Below are positions 55,201 through 64,000 of a DNA stretch of 64,000 bases, one piece after another. Position numbers and translations under genes: made by a program. The notes below the pieces were generated by a model that saw nothing but the letters and a program-made list of their open reading frames with translations, was not told the DNA's origin and did not search any database. Within the stretch, counting starts at the first letter, position 1; every line of letters starts with the position of its first letter. The stretch is from Caldithrix abyssi DSM 13497 (GTDB lineage: Bacteria; Electryoneota; AABM5-125-24; Hatepunaeales; Hatepunaeaceae), in contig CAMBDS010000002.1 in the NCBI GenBank assembly GCA_945865405.1, positions 2,368 to 66,367 on the forward strand. Reading direction: 5' to 3'.

Positions 55201-55598
55201 CCCTTGGGTGAGCGACGGGCGCGCTGGAACCAGGGGTGTTGGTCGGAAGTGTGGTTCAGGACAAGCTCGGTGATGACCTTCAAGCCGCGGCTATGAGCTT
55301 CCTTCATGAAGGTGCGGAAGTCGCGCATGTCGCCATAGGTAGGGTTGATCGAGTAGTAGTCCGCGATGTCGTAGCCGTCGTCGCGAAGCGGTGAGGGATA
55401 GAAGGGCAAAACCCAAAGTGCAGTTACGCCTAATTCTTGCAGGTAGTCGAGCTTCTGGGTCAAGCCTTTTAGATCACCGACGCCATCACCATCTGAGTCA
55501 AAGAAAGCTCGGATGTGAAGCTCGTAGATGACAGCTTCTTTGTACCATTCGAGAGCGATTTTTTCGCTGTTTTTGGGATTATTTGGAAATTGGTTCAT
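52245..55598 (-). CDS. treS: trehalose synthase / maltokinase fusion (TreS-Mak/Pep2)
   Basis: 1117 aa. The N-terminal GH13 TreS part is WYKEAVIYELHIRAFFDSDGDGVGD...PLRDDGYDIADYY. The C-terminal maltokinase part is HGDYHLGQMLC...VIDFEGEP. Confidence 0.85.
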   Translation of the reverse strand: MNQFPNNPKNSEKIALEWYKEAVIYELHIRAFFDSDGDGVGDLKGLTQKLDYLQELGVTALWVLPFYPSPLRDDGYDIADYYSINPTYGDMRDFRTFMKEAHSRGLKVITELVLNHTSDQHPWFQRARRSPKGSRYRNFYVWNDDPDRYRETRIIFQDFEPSNWSWDPIAEQYYWHRFYHHQPDLNFDNAEVRRSMFKVLDFWLGMGVDGLRLDAVPYLYERDGTNNENLPETHEYLRQLRSHVDTNFPGRMLLGEANQWPEDSIAYFGKGDECQMAFHFPLMPRLFMSVRMEDRFPIIEILDQTPAIPASCQWALFLRNHDELTLEMVTDEERDYMYRVYAADPQARVNLGIRRRLAPLLGNNRRKIELMNGLLFSLPGTPIIYYGDELGMGDNVYLGDRNGVRTPMQWSGDRNAGFSRANPQKLYFPVIIDPEYHYETVNVENGQSNPHSLYWWMKRLIALRKKHPVFGLGSLEFLFPANRKVLAYLRRHEDETILVVANLSRFAQAAELNLSEFQGATPVELFGQTRFPKVETNPYVLTVGPHSFLWFSLKRKSASSDKKSTLRRTLIDLSVSESWDEVLQSTKWNQLVPLLTAWLPTRRWFGSKGKVIQALHLQEEFPIANSDHPTKLIFVRVEFTEGEPEIYQIPLTVAGKDGGSNLEKEAICSISIEHRGALNHHYLIESTNVTQCSLALLDAVRKRKVIKGLHGEITGVLFPSDLLNSTITDSSLKPRPMGREQSNSSINFSDRLNLKLFRRVEGGVNPELEIGRHLAEKSEFTRIPQILGSLDYNVKGKPAYTLAVLQNFVASEGDAWSEALDNLGHFYESVLVLPPEKRLDVTPLPDRNWAALHGIPDSVRELIGPYLEKARLIGERTAGMHLALTSKGGGAAFEPEEFSELYLRSISHGMLARASQTLASLKGGLDALGSISRPLAQKVLKSQSQIEEKFRRVKDAQINTLRIRVHGDYHLGQMLCSGNDYVVIDFEGEPSRSIGERRIKRSPLKDVAGMIRSFHYASEAALTGPISQLALTEDQKITLEPWGRYWSDWTAASFLSSYVPSIRKAGILPKDDAELNFMVRIYMLDKALYELDYELNNRPTWIDIPLRGLLQLLEVSE

Positions 55599-55674
55599 AG
55601 TTGTGATAATATCGAAAGGACTATTTGAAGTAAATGGAATATTGGGATCGATGCACGATCACAAACTGTCTGAC

Positions 55675-57732
55675 TTACTCAAAACTTTCGGCCCCACCAT
55701 CGCCAGTTTTGCGGGTCAGCTTAAAGATATGTGCCGGGATATTGAACGGGTGTAGCTCAATGTAGTTGCGCTCGCCTTGCCAGATGTACTTCAGATCGGT
55801 CAAGAGGTCGTGGACCTGGTAGCTCTCGTTCCAGCTCAACCCGAGATCGGCGATGCGGAGATCAACCCACCCGATTTGCGTGTTGTGCGGATCGAGGTTG
55901 ACCGCGACCAATATTGTGTTTGACTTGTCTGCTGTTTGACGGCTGTAAAAGAGCATGAACGGATTGTCAATTTTGTGGAACCGTATGTTCCAATTCGTCT
56001 GAAGGGCGACATTCTCTCTGCGAGCCTTGTTGACTTTCGAAATGATGTGTCGAATGCTGATAGGGTCGTCAAGATTGTGATGCGCAATTTCGTACTTTTC
56101 TGAATCCAGGTACTCTTCAGAACTCTTTTCTTTCGGAGTATTGTAGCAAAGCTCATAGGCTGGCCCATAGATGCCGAAATTGCCGCTCGATGTTGCTGCC
56201 AAGACCAGGCGGGTGATAAAGGCAGACCTTCCCCCTGTTTGCAGCGATTCGTGTAGAATATCAGGGGTGTTGGGCCAAAAATTAGGGATAAAATACTCAC
56301 GGCCAGACCCTTCGGCGATCTCATTGAAGTATAGCTCAAGCTCCCACTTGTCGTTGCGCCAAGTGAAATAGGTGTAGGATTGCGTGAAGCCAATCTTGGC
56401 AAGACGGTGCATTGTTTTGGGGCGGGTGAACGCCTCGGCAAGGAAGAGTATTTCCGGATGGTCGCGCTTAACTTCGGCGATCAACCACTCCCAGAACCGG
56501 AACGGCTTGGTGTGGGGGTTATCTACGCGGAAAATCGTCACTCCCTGCTCGACCCAGTAGAGAAAAACGCTCTTAATCTCCTCCCAGAGAGCGACGCAAT
56601 CATCAGACTCAAAGTTTAGCGGATAAATGTCCTGATATTTTTTGGGCGGGTTCTCGGCATACTGGATGCGCCCGTCGGGTCGCTCTTTGAACCAGCTACG
56701 ATGCTCCTTTACCCACGGATGGTCGGGGGAACATTGAAGGGCTATATCGAGAGCGATTTCGATGCCATACTCCTTTGCCTCCCGCACAAGTTGGTGGAAG
56801 TCAGGGAGCGTTCCGAGTTCGGAGTTGATCTCTTTGTGTCCACCTTCCTCAGAGCCAATACCCCATGGGCTGCCGGGATCTTCAGAAGAGGCTACCAGAG
56901 CGTTGTTCCGTCCTTTGCGGAAGCTTTTGCCAATCGGATGGATTGGCGGGAGGTAAAGAACGTCGAAGCCAAGTTCGGCAATATAAGGCAATCGGTTGAT
57001 GACATCACTAAAGGTACCGTGTCTACCTGGCTCAAGGGATGTTGAACGGGGAAAAATTTCGTACCAACTGCTAAATCGAGCCTGGGGGCGATCGACTGAG
57101 ACCGACAGAACTTGATGATATGAGGTTGAATTCTCGCGGTCAGGATAACGGGTCATCAAGAGTTGTAAGTGTTCATCGAGGGCAGTTTCGACGCGGGAAG
57201 CGATTTCACCACTCTTCATCAAGTCGATGAAGTGTTTTATGTACTGCAAGTCGTCACCAGTCAATCGCCGTAGAGTCTGTCGAACGAGTTTGACACCAAT
57301 TTCGATCTCTATTGCAAGATCTTGCCCTGCGAGAATTCTTTTTTCGAGATCGGCGCGCCAACTAGCAAAGGGGTCTAACCACGCTTCAACAGTGTACTCA
57401 TATTTCCCGACTTGCGAAACAGTGAAGCTTCCCTGCCAGAGATCGTTGCCCAATAGGCTCATCGGCGATTCTTCCCAACGGATATCGGTAGAGTGTCGCC
57501 ACAACAATCTGGCACCGAGCTTCTCATGGCCATCGGCATAGATATCGGCTTCGACTACGACCGATTCCCCTATGACCCGTTTAATAGGGAATCTTCCGCC
57601 GTTAACCTTGGGCGTAACATGCTCTACAACAACTCGTTGACGGGAAATCTTGTCGGTAAATTGTTCCACTACCGGAGACCTGATTTGGTTGAACTTAAGC
57701 GCGATAATAAATGAAGAAATTCCTCTATTCAA
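55675..57732 (-). CDS. glgE: alpha-1,4-glucan:maltose-1-phosphate maltosyltransferase
   Basis: 685 aa. GlgE N-terminus is HVTPKVNGGRFPIKRVIGESVVVEADIYADGHE. A GH13 catalytic core follows. Confidence 0.85.
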   Translation of the reverse strand: MNRGISSFIIALKFNQIRSPVVEQFTDKISRQRVVVEHVTPKVNGGRFPIKRVIGESVVVEADIYADGHEKLGARLLWRHSTDIRWEESPMSLLGNDLWQGSFTVSQVGKYEYTVEAWLDPFASWRADLEKRILAGQDLAIEIEIGVKLVRQTLRRLTGDDLQYIKHFIDLMKSGEIASRVETALDEHLQLLMTRYPDRENSTSYHQVLSVSVDRPQARFSSWYEIFPRSTSLEPGRHGTFSDVINRLPYIAELGFDVLYLPPIHPIGKSFRKGRNNALVASSEDPGSPWGIGSEEGGHKEINSELGTLPDFHQLVREAKEYGIEIALDIALQCSPDHPWVKEHRSWFKERPDGRIQYAENPPKKYQDIYPLNFESDDCVALWEEIKSVFLYWVEQGVTIFRVDNPHTKPFRFWEWLIAEVKRDHPEILFLAEAFTRPKTMHRLAKIGFTQSYTYFTWRNDKWELELYFNEIAEGSGREYFIPNFWPNTPDILHESLQTGGRSAFITRLVLAATSSGNFGIYGPAYELCYNTPKEKSSEEYLDSEKYEIAHHNLDDPISIRHIISKVNKARRENVALQTNWNIRFHKIDNPFMLFYSRQTADKSNTILVAVNLDPHNTQIGWVDLRIADLGLSWNESYQVHDLLTDLKYIWQGERNYIELHPFNIPAHIFKLTRKTGDGGAESFE

Positions 57733-57940
57733 GTTAAGCTTGGCAACGCATCATGTCAAGCGGGGAGGGATGACAATTGCAGGTATATTCATGTCAAGCA
57801 TTAGATGGTTAATACCTTGACAATATAGTAAGATTATGTGTATATTTAAGGTTGGAAGTCTCCGTTAAGCTTTACAAACTGTCACCACAAGCAATTCGCA
57901 TTCTTAAAATCAAATCCTTTTGTCACCAAGGCGGTAAGAG

Positions 57941-60900
57941 ATGTTTTTTCAAAAACATTCGATTTTGGCACTCTATATTTCGATTTTTTTCTCGACGGCC
58001 AATTTCGCTGTCGCTGCTTCTAATCAAGAATTTCAAGCCAACGCTGTATCAATAAAGAGCTCAAATGCTCACTCGATAAAGCTTGGGTTTGACATCCAGA
58101 ATTTAGAGCAGAAGCGCATTGAGAAAGATGGTGACGAATTTGAACTGATGCAAGTACCAGAAGAAGGCATGACGTTCGAGTATGGAAGACCGTTGCTTCC
58201 TGCTATCAGCCGCTTTGTGCTCGTCCCGCCGAACGCAGGACTTCAATTCAGCTACACTTTCGATGAACCGCGTTCGTTGCGATCAACCGCATCTCCCGCA
58301 CTTTGTGACGATTCAATCATGATAGGATCGGTTGCCAGTCCCATGGACGGACTTTATCCAGGCAAAATCGCCGAAATGTCCGAACCGTTTATAATCCGTG
58401 GTGCAAGACTTGTTAAGGTGACCGTTTATCCGCTTCAGTACGACCCAATCAGCCAATCTTATGTTCGCTACGAAAATATTCAGACTGAAATCACTTACAC
58501 GGATGATGAGCCGATCAATCCGGTGCAGTCTCCGAATCGCCGCCACCGCAGCAAGTTATTCAAAAACCTCATTGGCGAACTTGCCATCAATGGTGACGAA
58601 CTTGGGCGTGACGATCCGCCTGATTCCGAACCAGAATATGTCGCTCACTATCTTATAGTGGCGCATCAGGCAACGCTCGGATTTCAGATGGTCAGAGACT
58701 GGATCGAGTTCCGCAGACGAACCGGTTACAAGATGGAGATACTTATTCCTCGTGACCCCAGCAACGCAGATGGAACGAGACAGGATATTCAAGGTCGTTA
58801 CAACGCTTATCTTCAACGTGGTGAAGATCCATTCGACTACGTTGCTCTCATTGGCGATCTAAATTACGATCAGGCACCTGTCCATCAGGCGTCAAATATA
58901 CTGCAAGCCCCTACAGGCTGGTCGATTTGGGGTGGATTTCCCCACGCAGATTTTCTGTTTGCCTGCCTCGAAGGTGGCCAAAACGACCTTCATCCCGATG
59001 TTGGGTACTCAAGATTTCCCGCCGGAAGCGAAGGAGCTGCAAATCTTATTTTTGGCAGGACACTTCTTTACGAAGAGAAGCCACGTATGACCAATCCAGA
59101 GTGGTTCCGCCGCGGGATGGTTTACTCTCAGCATTGGGGGAATAGCCCTGAGTCAGCATGGCATATTTCAATCCATACGAATGTTCGTTATGGCGAAGAA
59201 GTTTTGAAAAGCCTCGGCTTCAATGACATCAACTTCTATGAGAATACCGACTACGATCAGCCAGGCTCGCAGATAGGTCCGAGAGTTGCCGAGCAGTACA
59301 ATCGCGGCGTCAACGTGATGATTGGACGTGCTGAGATATACTACTGGCAGTCTCAATACCAGGGTGTCAACGGCGTCAATGAGAATAATACTGATTTTGT
59401 TTACCCTATAGACATTGTCTATTCAGGACATGGCGAGTGGGCAAACCAGGTCGTATTCAGGTCCGGAACCTGGCCTAATGAGATGAAGGGTCCGGTTGCG
59501 AGGACGTGCGGATGGGGTTGGCCTGCCTCTGCTCCCGTAAGCTATATCTGGCTGTCGATGGTGAATGGCGTGCTACAGCGCGACCTACCGCTCGGAATTG
59601 CACGGGCAAGGTCTGTCACAGCTATAGAAGGGGTCTTCCCGAATTTCGATATACCTAACGTCGGTGGTCAACTCTATGCTCATATCAAGACTGACACGGA
59701 CATGTATGGGGACCCAGGGCTACAACCTTGGATAGGGGTGCCGCGACTTCCTGAAATTAATATGCCGGAGACAATTCCTCCCTCAACGAAATCTCTTGAG
59801 GTTTTTGTTCATAGATACCGCGCTGATGATCCGATGCCAGGCGCACAGGTGACTCTCTACTCACCAGGAAACATGCCAGCACTGAACCAGCCAGCACAGT
59901 ACGCAGCTTACGCGGGATTCCTGCAGAAAACGACTACCGCGGACGCCGATGGTATCGCACGATTCGTGCTTGAAGGCAACGAAGCCTTTATCGCTAATCG
60001 ACCGATTTGCATTTCTGCTTCCGGGCGTGACATTCGCCCCTTTACCGATACAGTACGGGTTGCAAATGTCCCCGCGGCAATTGAACTTCTTGAATACACA
60101 CTGACTTCGATTCCCGATGATGCAGATGAAACAGTTAATCCAGGTGACGCGTTTGAACTCAATGTAACTGTTAAAAACGTTGGTGCTTCCGAAGACCTGA
60201 ATGATGTTTTTGTGGAAGCTATTTCTGTCTCACCATACCTTGAGGTGGTCGAAAATGCCCAAATTGAAATTGGCAATGTCGCGCACGGCGAAGCGGCTCA
60301 GGCTGGTGCCAACATCATTGTTCAATTTGCACCTAATACACCGGATGGGACGTCCAGGCCTATCACACGACCGATATTGAAACTGCATTTTACCAGTGGT
60401 GATGATAGTTGGGATTCGCAGATCAAGTTTATGCCGGAATCACCTAATTTTGAGCTACATGCCTTTCTCGGCGGGAACATTATTGGCGATACTGTACAGG
60501 CTCTGAATCTCGACATCAAGAACGACGGTGAATTGGACGCCAGGCGGTTATCAGTCGAATTACGTAGCCTTGGAATGGGTGTGACCGTCGTCGAAAATAC
60601 GGCAATGTTGGATGACCTTGATGCGGGAGATCATGATCGCATGGAATCGGCATTCTCAATCTCTGGCAACAGGGTTGTCGTCCCCGGCTCAAAAAATCAG
60701 ATGGTGGCGATATTCCGCGCTGATGATGGTTTTGTTGACTCACTCTTCTTTGAGCTACAGGTTCTGCGTGAGAGGGCTCACGCTCCGACTGGGCCTGATA
60801 ATTTTGGATACATTTGCTTCGATGACACAGACACCGATTGGGATATGGCACCGCAATATGAATGGATTGAGATCAATCCCCAGGGACAAAATGCCGAGTA

Positions 60901-63460
60901 CGACGGAACGCGAATTCAGGCACTTGAAGGCAATGTTGAGTTCGATATTGGCAAGTGCATTGTCGTCGATTTAGGTTTTACCACCCAGTTTTACGGCAAG
61001 GAATATACGCAGATAACCATTGCCACAAACGGCTTTATTGCGATGGGATCTCAGCCCCGTATTACAAATTATGCCAATTGGCCGATGGATCAGTGTATTG
61101 GTGGCGGTGTGGGTATGCTTGCGCCGTTCTGGGATGATATTCGATTCGGGCAAAACGGAAGAATCTGGAAATACTACGATGAAGATAACGGCCGATTTAT
61201 CGTCGAATGGGAGCGAATGCGCCCGGCAAATGGCGACGCTGAGTGGACCTTTCAGGTAATCATCCTTGATAAAGACATCTGGATCACTGAATCGGGCGAC
61301 CCTAACATCCTGTTCCAGTATAAGACCGTTTCTAATATTGAGAACATCCGCCAGAATGATGTGCAGTGGTCTAACAACATTCCATTCGGCTCGGTTGGTA
61401 TTTCATCACCTGACGGCAGATCGGGTATTAACTACTCGTTCCTTAACCGACGCCCCGTTAGCGCCGAACCAGTGCAGGCTCGCAGAGCACTCCTTTTCTC
61501 GACTTCCCCCAGATACAAAGCTTGCACGTTGCGAGGCTTTGTCCACGATGCGCGAACCGGAGAAGCACTTGAGGGAGTGAGGGTTTATACGGAACATGGA
61601 TTCGTCGATGACACTGACGCTGACGGATTCTGGCAGATTATCGATGCTCTTGCCGAAGTTCCGTTCGATATTACTGCCCATAAACAGGGTTATAATGACT
61701 CGACCTATTTCGATCAAGAAGTTGAAGAAGGCGATACTGTTCAATTCGACTTCGATCTCCTCCATCCGGAATTTTCTCCCTCGACGGAATTATTGTCGGA
61801 CAGACTTGATCCCGATCGGGCGCGCGACTTGCCTTGGAGTATCTTCAATGGAGGAAACGGACCACTCTTCTGGACTGCTGAAAAGAGGCTACTTGGTGAT
61901 GCAAATGCTCAACCGTGGGAACTGCGCAGAACCTACAACGTAAGCGACACCGTCGCAGACCTTCGCATCGAAGGAGTGATATTCGCTGAAGATCAATTCT
62001 TTCTTTCTGGAGCAAATGAAGCAGGCGATATCAATGACAATGTAATTTATAGACTTGATCGAAACGGTGCATTAATCGATACATTCCTGCAGACGGGATC
62101 TTCTCGATACGGATACAAAGACATGGATTGGGATGGAGAATATATCTGGGCGGTAGGCGAGGATAATGTTTATGCCTTGACCATCGCTGGAGAGGTGGCA
62201 ATCAGCTGGGAATTGCCCATGCAAAATCCTACTCCCTATATTGCTTTCAACTCTGACGAGGGAGTGATTTACCTATGTGGTACTACCTCAGACATTTTCA
62301 GATTCGACCGGGAAGGAAACCGTCTCGAAGGCGATCTCGATAATCTTGGACTTAAGACTTACGGTCTCTCCTATTGGCCAGAAGATCCGGAAGGCCATAA
62401 TCTCTATATCATCAACAAGCCCTCAAATGCCGAAAACAGATCATTCGTTACAAAGATGGATGTCAATACAGGCGATACTCTCTCGGCGTTTGAGATTGCT
62501 CAAGATACTAGCTCGACCGGTCAGATAGGAGGATGGATAACCAATGAGTTCGATGTCTATAGCTGGGTCTTCATGAGTCTACAGAACATTTCCGAACCAG
62601 GTGGAGGAGACAAAGTACAAATTCATCAACTCGATGCGAGAAGGGACTGGCTGAATCTCGATGTATGGGAAGGGACGTTGAACCCGAACGAAACTCAGGA
62701 GTTGATCCTGACGCTTGACGCGGCAGCGCTCCCGGATACATTATTTGAAGGCGAACTTTATTTCCGTCATAACGCCGACGATGGCGAGGCAATAATCAGC
62801 GTTGAACTCGATGTGATCGGACCTGAACAGCCCGAGCAATTTAACCTTCTGACACCGACTGACGGCGACACAATTACCGCCCACCCGCTTCACGGAGACA
62901 CGCTCCGCATACCGGAAATTGCCTTCAAATGGGAGCCATCGGCTGATGCGAATTTCGATGACACTCTCATCTCCTACATATTCGCATTGAAGGCAGGTGA
63001 CGAACTCTTTACGACAACAATCGCCAACACTGAGTTGACTCTTTTACTCGATACACTTGACCTTCCGTTCTGGTTCGACAATTTTTATGAATGGTCGGTG
63101 AAGGCTGTGTCGGGAGCCGACACTATTAATTGTGTAGCACCATTCCACTTTGGAATTGTGCCTGATGATGTCGATTTAGAGAAGCGACCAATTCCTGTTG
63201 AGTTCGGCATTCACGCTCTCTTCCCGAGCCCGTTCAACTCGGTGACCACCATTAGCTTCGGTGCCGATAAGGCCGTCCCAACATCGCTTAAGATATACAA
63301 TGTTCTTGGGCGTGAAGTCTCGACCTTGTTCGAGCGGACGCCGGAAGTTGGCAATTGCAAGATTGCCTGGAACGCAACGAGTATGCCAACCGGGATTTAC
63401 GTAGTAAAGCTTGAATCGGCTAACAGGACAGCTATCCAGAAGATTGCGTTAATTCGATAG
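57941..63460 (+). CDS. very large T9SS cargo protein with peptidase C25 (gingipain)-like region and C-terminal sorting domain
   Basis: 1839 aa. Signal peptide. C25-like segments are YLIVAHQATLGFQMVRDWIEFRRRTGYKMEI and VYSGHGEWANQ. C-terminus is LFPSPFNSVTTISF...IYVVKLESANRTAIQKIALIR. Followed by a strong intrinsic terminator. Confidence 0.55.
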   Translation: MFFQKHSILALYISIFFSTANFAVAASNQEFQANAVSIKSSNAHSIKLGFDIQNLEQKRIEKDGDEFELMQVPEEGMTFEYGRPLLPAISRFVLVPPNAGLQFSYTFDEPRSLRSTASPALCDDSIMIGSVASPMDGLYPGKIAEMSEPFIIRGARLVKVTVYPLQYDPISQSYVRYENIQTEITYTDDEPINPVQSPNRRHRSKLFKNLIGELAINGDELGRDDPPDSEPEYVAHYLIVAHQATLGFQMVRDWIEFRRRTGYKMEILIPRDPSNADGTRQDIQGRYNAYLQRGEDPFDYVALIGDLNYDQAPVHQASNILQAPTGWSIWGGFPHADFLFACLEGGQNDLHPDVGYSRFPAGSEGAANLIFGRTLLYEEKPRMTNPEWFRRGMVYSQHWGNSPESAWHISIHTNVRYGEEVLKSLGFNDINFYENTDYDQPGSQIGPRVAEQYNRGVNVMIGRAEIYYWQSQYQGVNGVNENNTDFVYPIDIVYSGHGEWANQVVFRSGTWPNEMKGPVARTCGWGWPASAPVSYIWLSMVNGVLQRDLPLGIARARSVTAIEGVFPNFDIPNVGGQLYAHIKTDTDMYGDPGLQPWIGVPRLPEINMPETIPPSTKSLEVFVHRYRADDPMPGAQVTLYSPGNMPALNQPAQYAAYAGFLQKTTTADADGIARFVLEGNEAFIANRPICISASGRDIRPFTDTVRVANVPAAIELLEYTLTSIPDDADETVNPGDAFELNVTVKNVGASEDLNDVFVEAISVSPYLEVVENAQIEIGNVAHGEAAQAGANIIVQFAPNTPDGTSRPITRPILKLHFTSGDDSWDSQIKFMPESPNFELHAFLGGNIIGDTVQALNLDIKNDGELDARRLSVELRSLGMGVTVVENTAMLDDLDAGDHDRMESAFSISGNRVVVPGSKNQMVAIFRADDGFVDSLFFELQVLRERAHAPTGPDNFGYICFDDTDTDWDMAPQYEWIEINPQGQNAEYDGTRIQALEGNVEFDIGKCIVVDLGFTTQFYGKEYTQITIATNGFIAMGSQPRITNYANWPMDQCIGGGVGMLAPFWDDIRFGQNGRIWKYYDEDNGRFIVEWERMRPANGDAEWTFQVIILDKDIWITESGDPNILFQYKTVSNIENIRQNDVQWSNNIPFGSVGISSPDGRSGINYSFLNRRPVSAEPVQARRALLFSTSPRYKACTLRGFVHDARTGEALEGVRVYTEHGFVDDTDADGFWQIIDALAEVPFDITAHKQGYNDSTYFDQEVEEGDTVQFDFDLLHPEFSPSTELLSDRLDPDRARDLPWSIFNGGNGPLFWTAEKRLLGDANAQPWELRRTYNVSDTVADLRIEGVIFAEDQFFLSGANEAGDINDNVIYRLDRNGALIDTFLQTGSSRYGYKDMDWDGEYIWAVGEDNVYALTIAGEVAISWELPMQNPTPYIAFNSDEGVIYLCGTTSDIFRFDREGNRLEGDLDNLGLKTYGLSYWPEDPEGHNLYIINKPSNAENRSFVTKMDVNTGDTLSAFEIAQDTSSTGQIGGWITNEFDVYSWVFMSLQNISEPGGGDKVQIHQLDARRDWLNLDVWEGTLNPNETQELILTLDAAALPDTLFEGELYFRHNADDGEAIISVELDVIGPEQPEQFNLLTPTDGDTITAHPLHGDTLRIPEIAFKWEPSADANFDDTLISYIFALKAGDELFTTTIANTELTLLLDTLDLPFWFDNFYEWSVKAVSGADTINCVAPFHFGIVPDDVDLEKRPIPVEFGIHALFPSPFNSVTTISFGADKAVPTSLKIYNVLGREVSTLFERTPEVGNCKIAWNATSMPTGIYVVKLESANRTAIQKIALIR

Positions 63461-63482
63461 TATCCAGTTGGAAGCTATTATA

Positions 63483-63528
63483 CAAAGCCGTCATCCTGAG
63501 ATTACAGGGTGACGGCTTTGTATTTTAG
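63483..63528 (+). terminator. rho-independent terminator after the 1839-aa T9SS cargo gene
   Basis: caaagccgtcaTcctg-agatta-cagggtgacggctttg, a 16-bp stem with one mismatch, followed by TATTTTA. Confidence 0.7.
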
Positions 63529-63631
63529 TATGGACTAATCAACCCTCCAGAATGAGCTACTCGCGTGTGCCTTTTGCAACAATTGTTGTTATATTGAGTC
63601 ACTCTACCACAATCAAAATTTGAGACTTCCC

Positions 63632-64000
63632 ATGCCCCTGACTCCCCCTTCAACCACTCCACGTGCACGACTAACGAGAATCATTGCAACAGTTGGTCCT
63701 GCATCGGAATCACCTACCGAAATTGAGAGACTTATTACCGCAGGAGTTGAGGTATTCCGCCTGAACTTCAGCCACGGCACCCACGAATTCCATCGGGCAA
63801 CCTACGACACCATCAGGTCAGTAGCGGCAAAATTAGGCAACCCAATTGTTATTCTGCAGGACATTTCCGGGCCGAAAATCCGTATTGGTGAGTTTGCGGG
63901 TGGTGAGACTAAAGTCGCAGTAGGTAGCCCGTTTCGGTTAATCGAAGGTTTGAAGTTCGGCAATTCAGAATCGGTCGGTTTCACCGACACAGGGTGGTTC
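63632..64000 (+). CDS. pyk: pyruvate kinase, N-terminal part (continues beyond window)
   Basis: Sequence is RIIATVGPASESPTEIERLITAGVEVFRLNFSHG...VILQDISGPKIRIG. Runs off the window end. Confidence 0.85.
   Translation, partial: MPLTPPSTTPRARLTRIIATVGPASESPTEIERLITAGVEVFRLNFSHGTHEFHRATYDTIRSVAAKLGNPIVILQDISGPKIRIGEFAGGETKVAVGSPFRLIEGLKFGNSESVGFTDTGWF

Overview
This 64 kb window looks bacterial, at roughly 50-55% GC. It is probably from an FCB-superphylum lineage (Bacteroidota, Fibrobacterota, Zixibacteria, Latescibacteria or similar). Three large secreted proteins end in the type-IX-secretion C-terminal sorting domain (TIGR04183-like, '...FPNPFNS..TI.F......L.IY...GR.V........AG.Y.V.L......').

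Gene order:
- Partial hypothetical gene and PPi-dependent phosphofructokinase.
- T9SS cargo protein and a small secreted protein.
- A four-gene minus-strand operon: SARP/BTAD-AAA-TPR regulator -> CotH + lamin-tail-domain T9SS protein -> STAS anti-sigma antagonist -> RsbW-like kinase.
- A seven-gene plus-strand operon for synthase-dependent exopolysaccharide. It has a PgaA/BcsC-like TPR + beta-barrel, a PgaC-like GT2 synthase, a Pro/Gln-rich membrane protein, CE4-like proteins and a lipoprotein. It is headed by a KaiC-like / pseudo-receiver / degenerate-GGDEF protein.
- DUF58, TerC, and a hybrid PAS histidine kinase.
- A sucA-sucB-lpd 2-oxoglutarate dehydrogenase cluster. It is interrupted by a WD40 gene and by a ~2 kb low-GC island encoding a PIN-GNAT-ASCH fusion plus a stand-alone ASCH protein.
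- RelE/ParE toxin-antitoxin pair, trpS, SDR, DHH phosphoesterase, and a DUF4160/DUF2442 pair.
- GlgE-pathway alpha-glucan cluster: GlgE, TreS-Mak fusion, and an unusual MalQ-GlgB fusion.
- A 1839-aa T9SS cargo protein with a gingipain-like region, and the start of pyruvate kinase.

Several families of short repeats are spread across the window:
- Heptanucleotide tandem repeats. The same (TTTGGAG)n tract sits in-frame in two unrelated genes.
- REP-like hairpin pairs placed after stop codons.
- A palindromic element that is intergenic at one site and in-frame twice inside the E2 linker regions.

No rRNA, tRNA, CRISPR array or transposase was seen.
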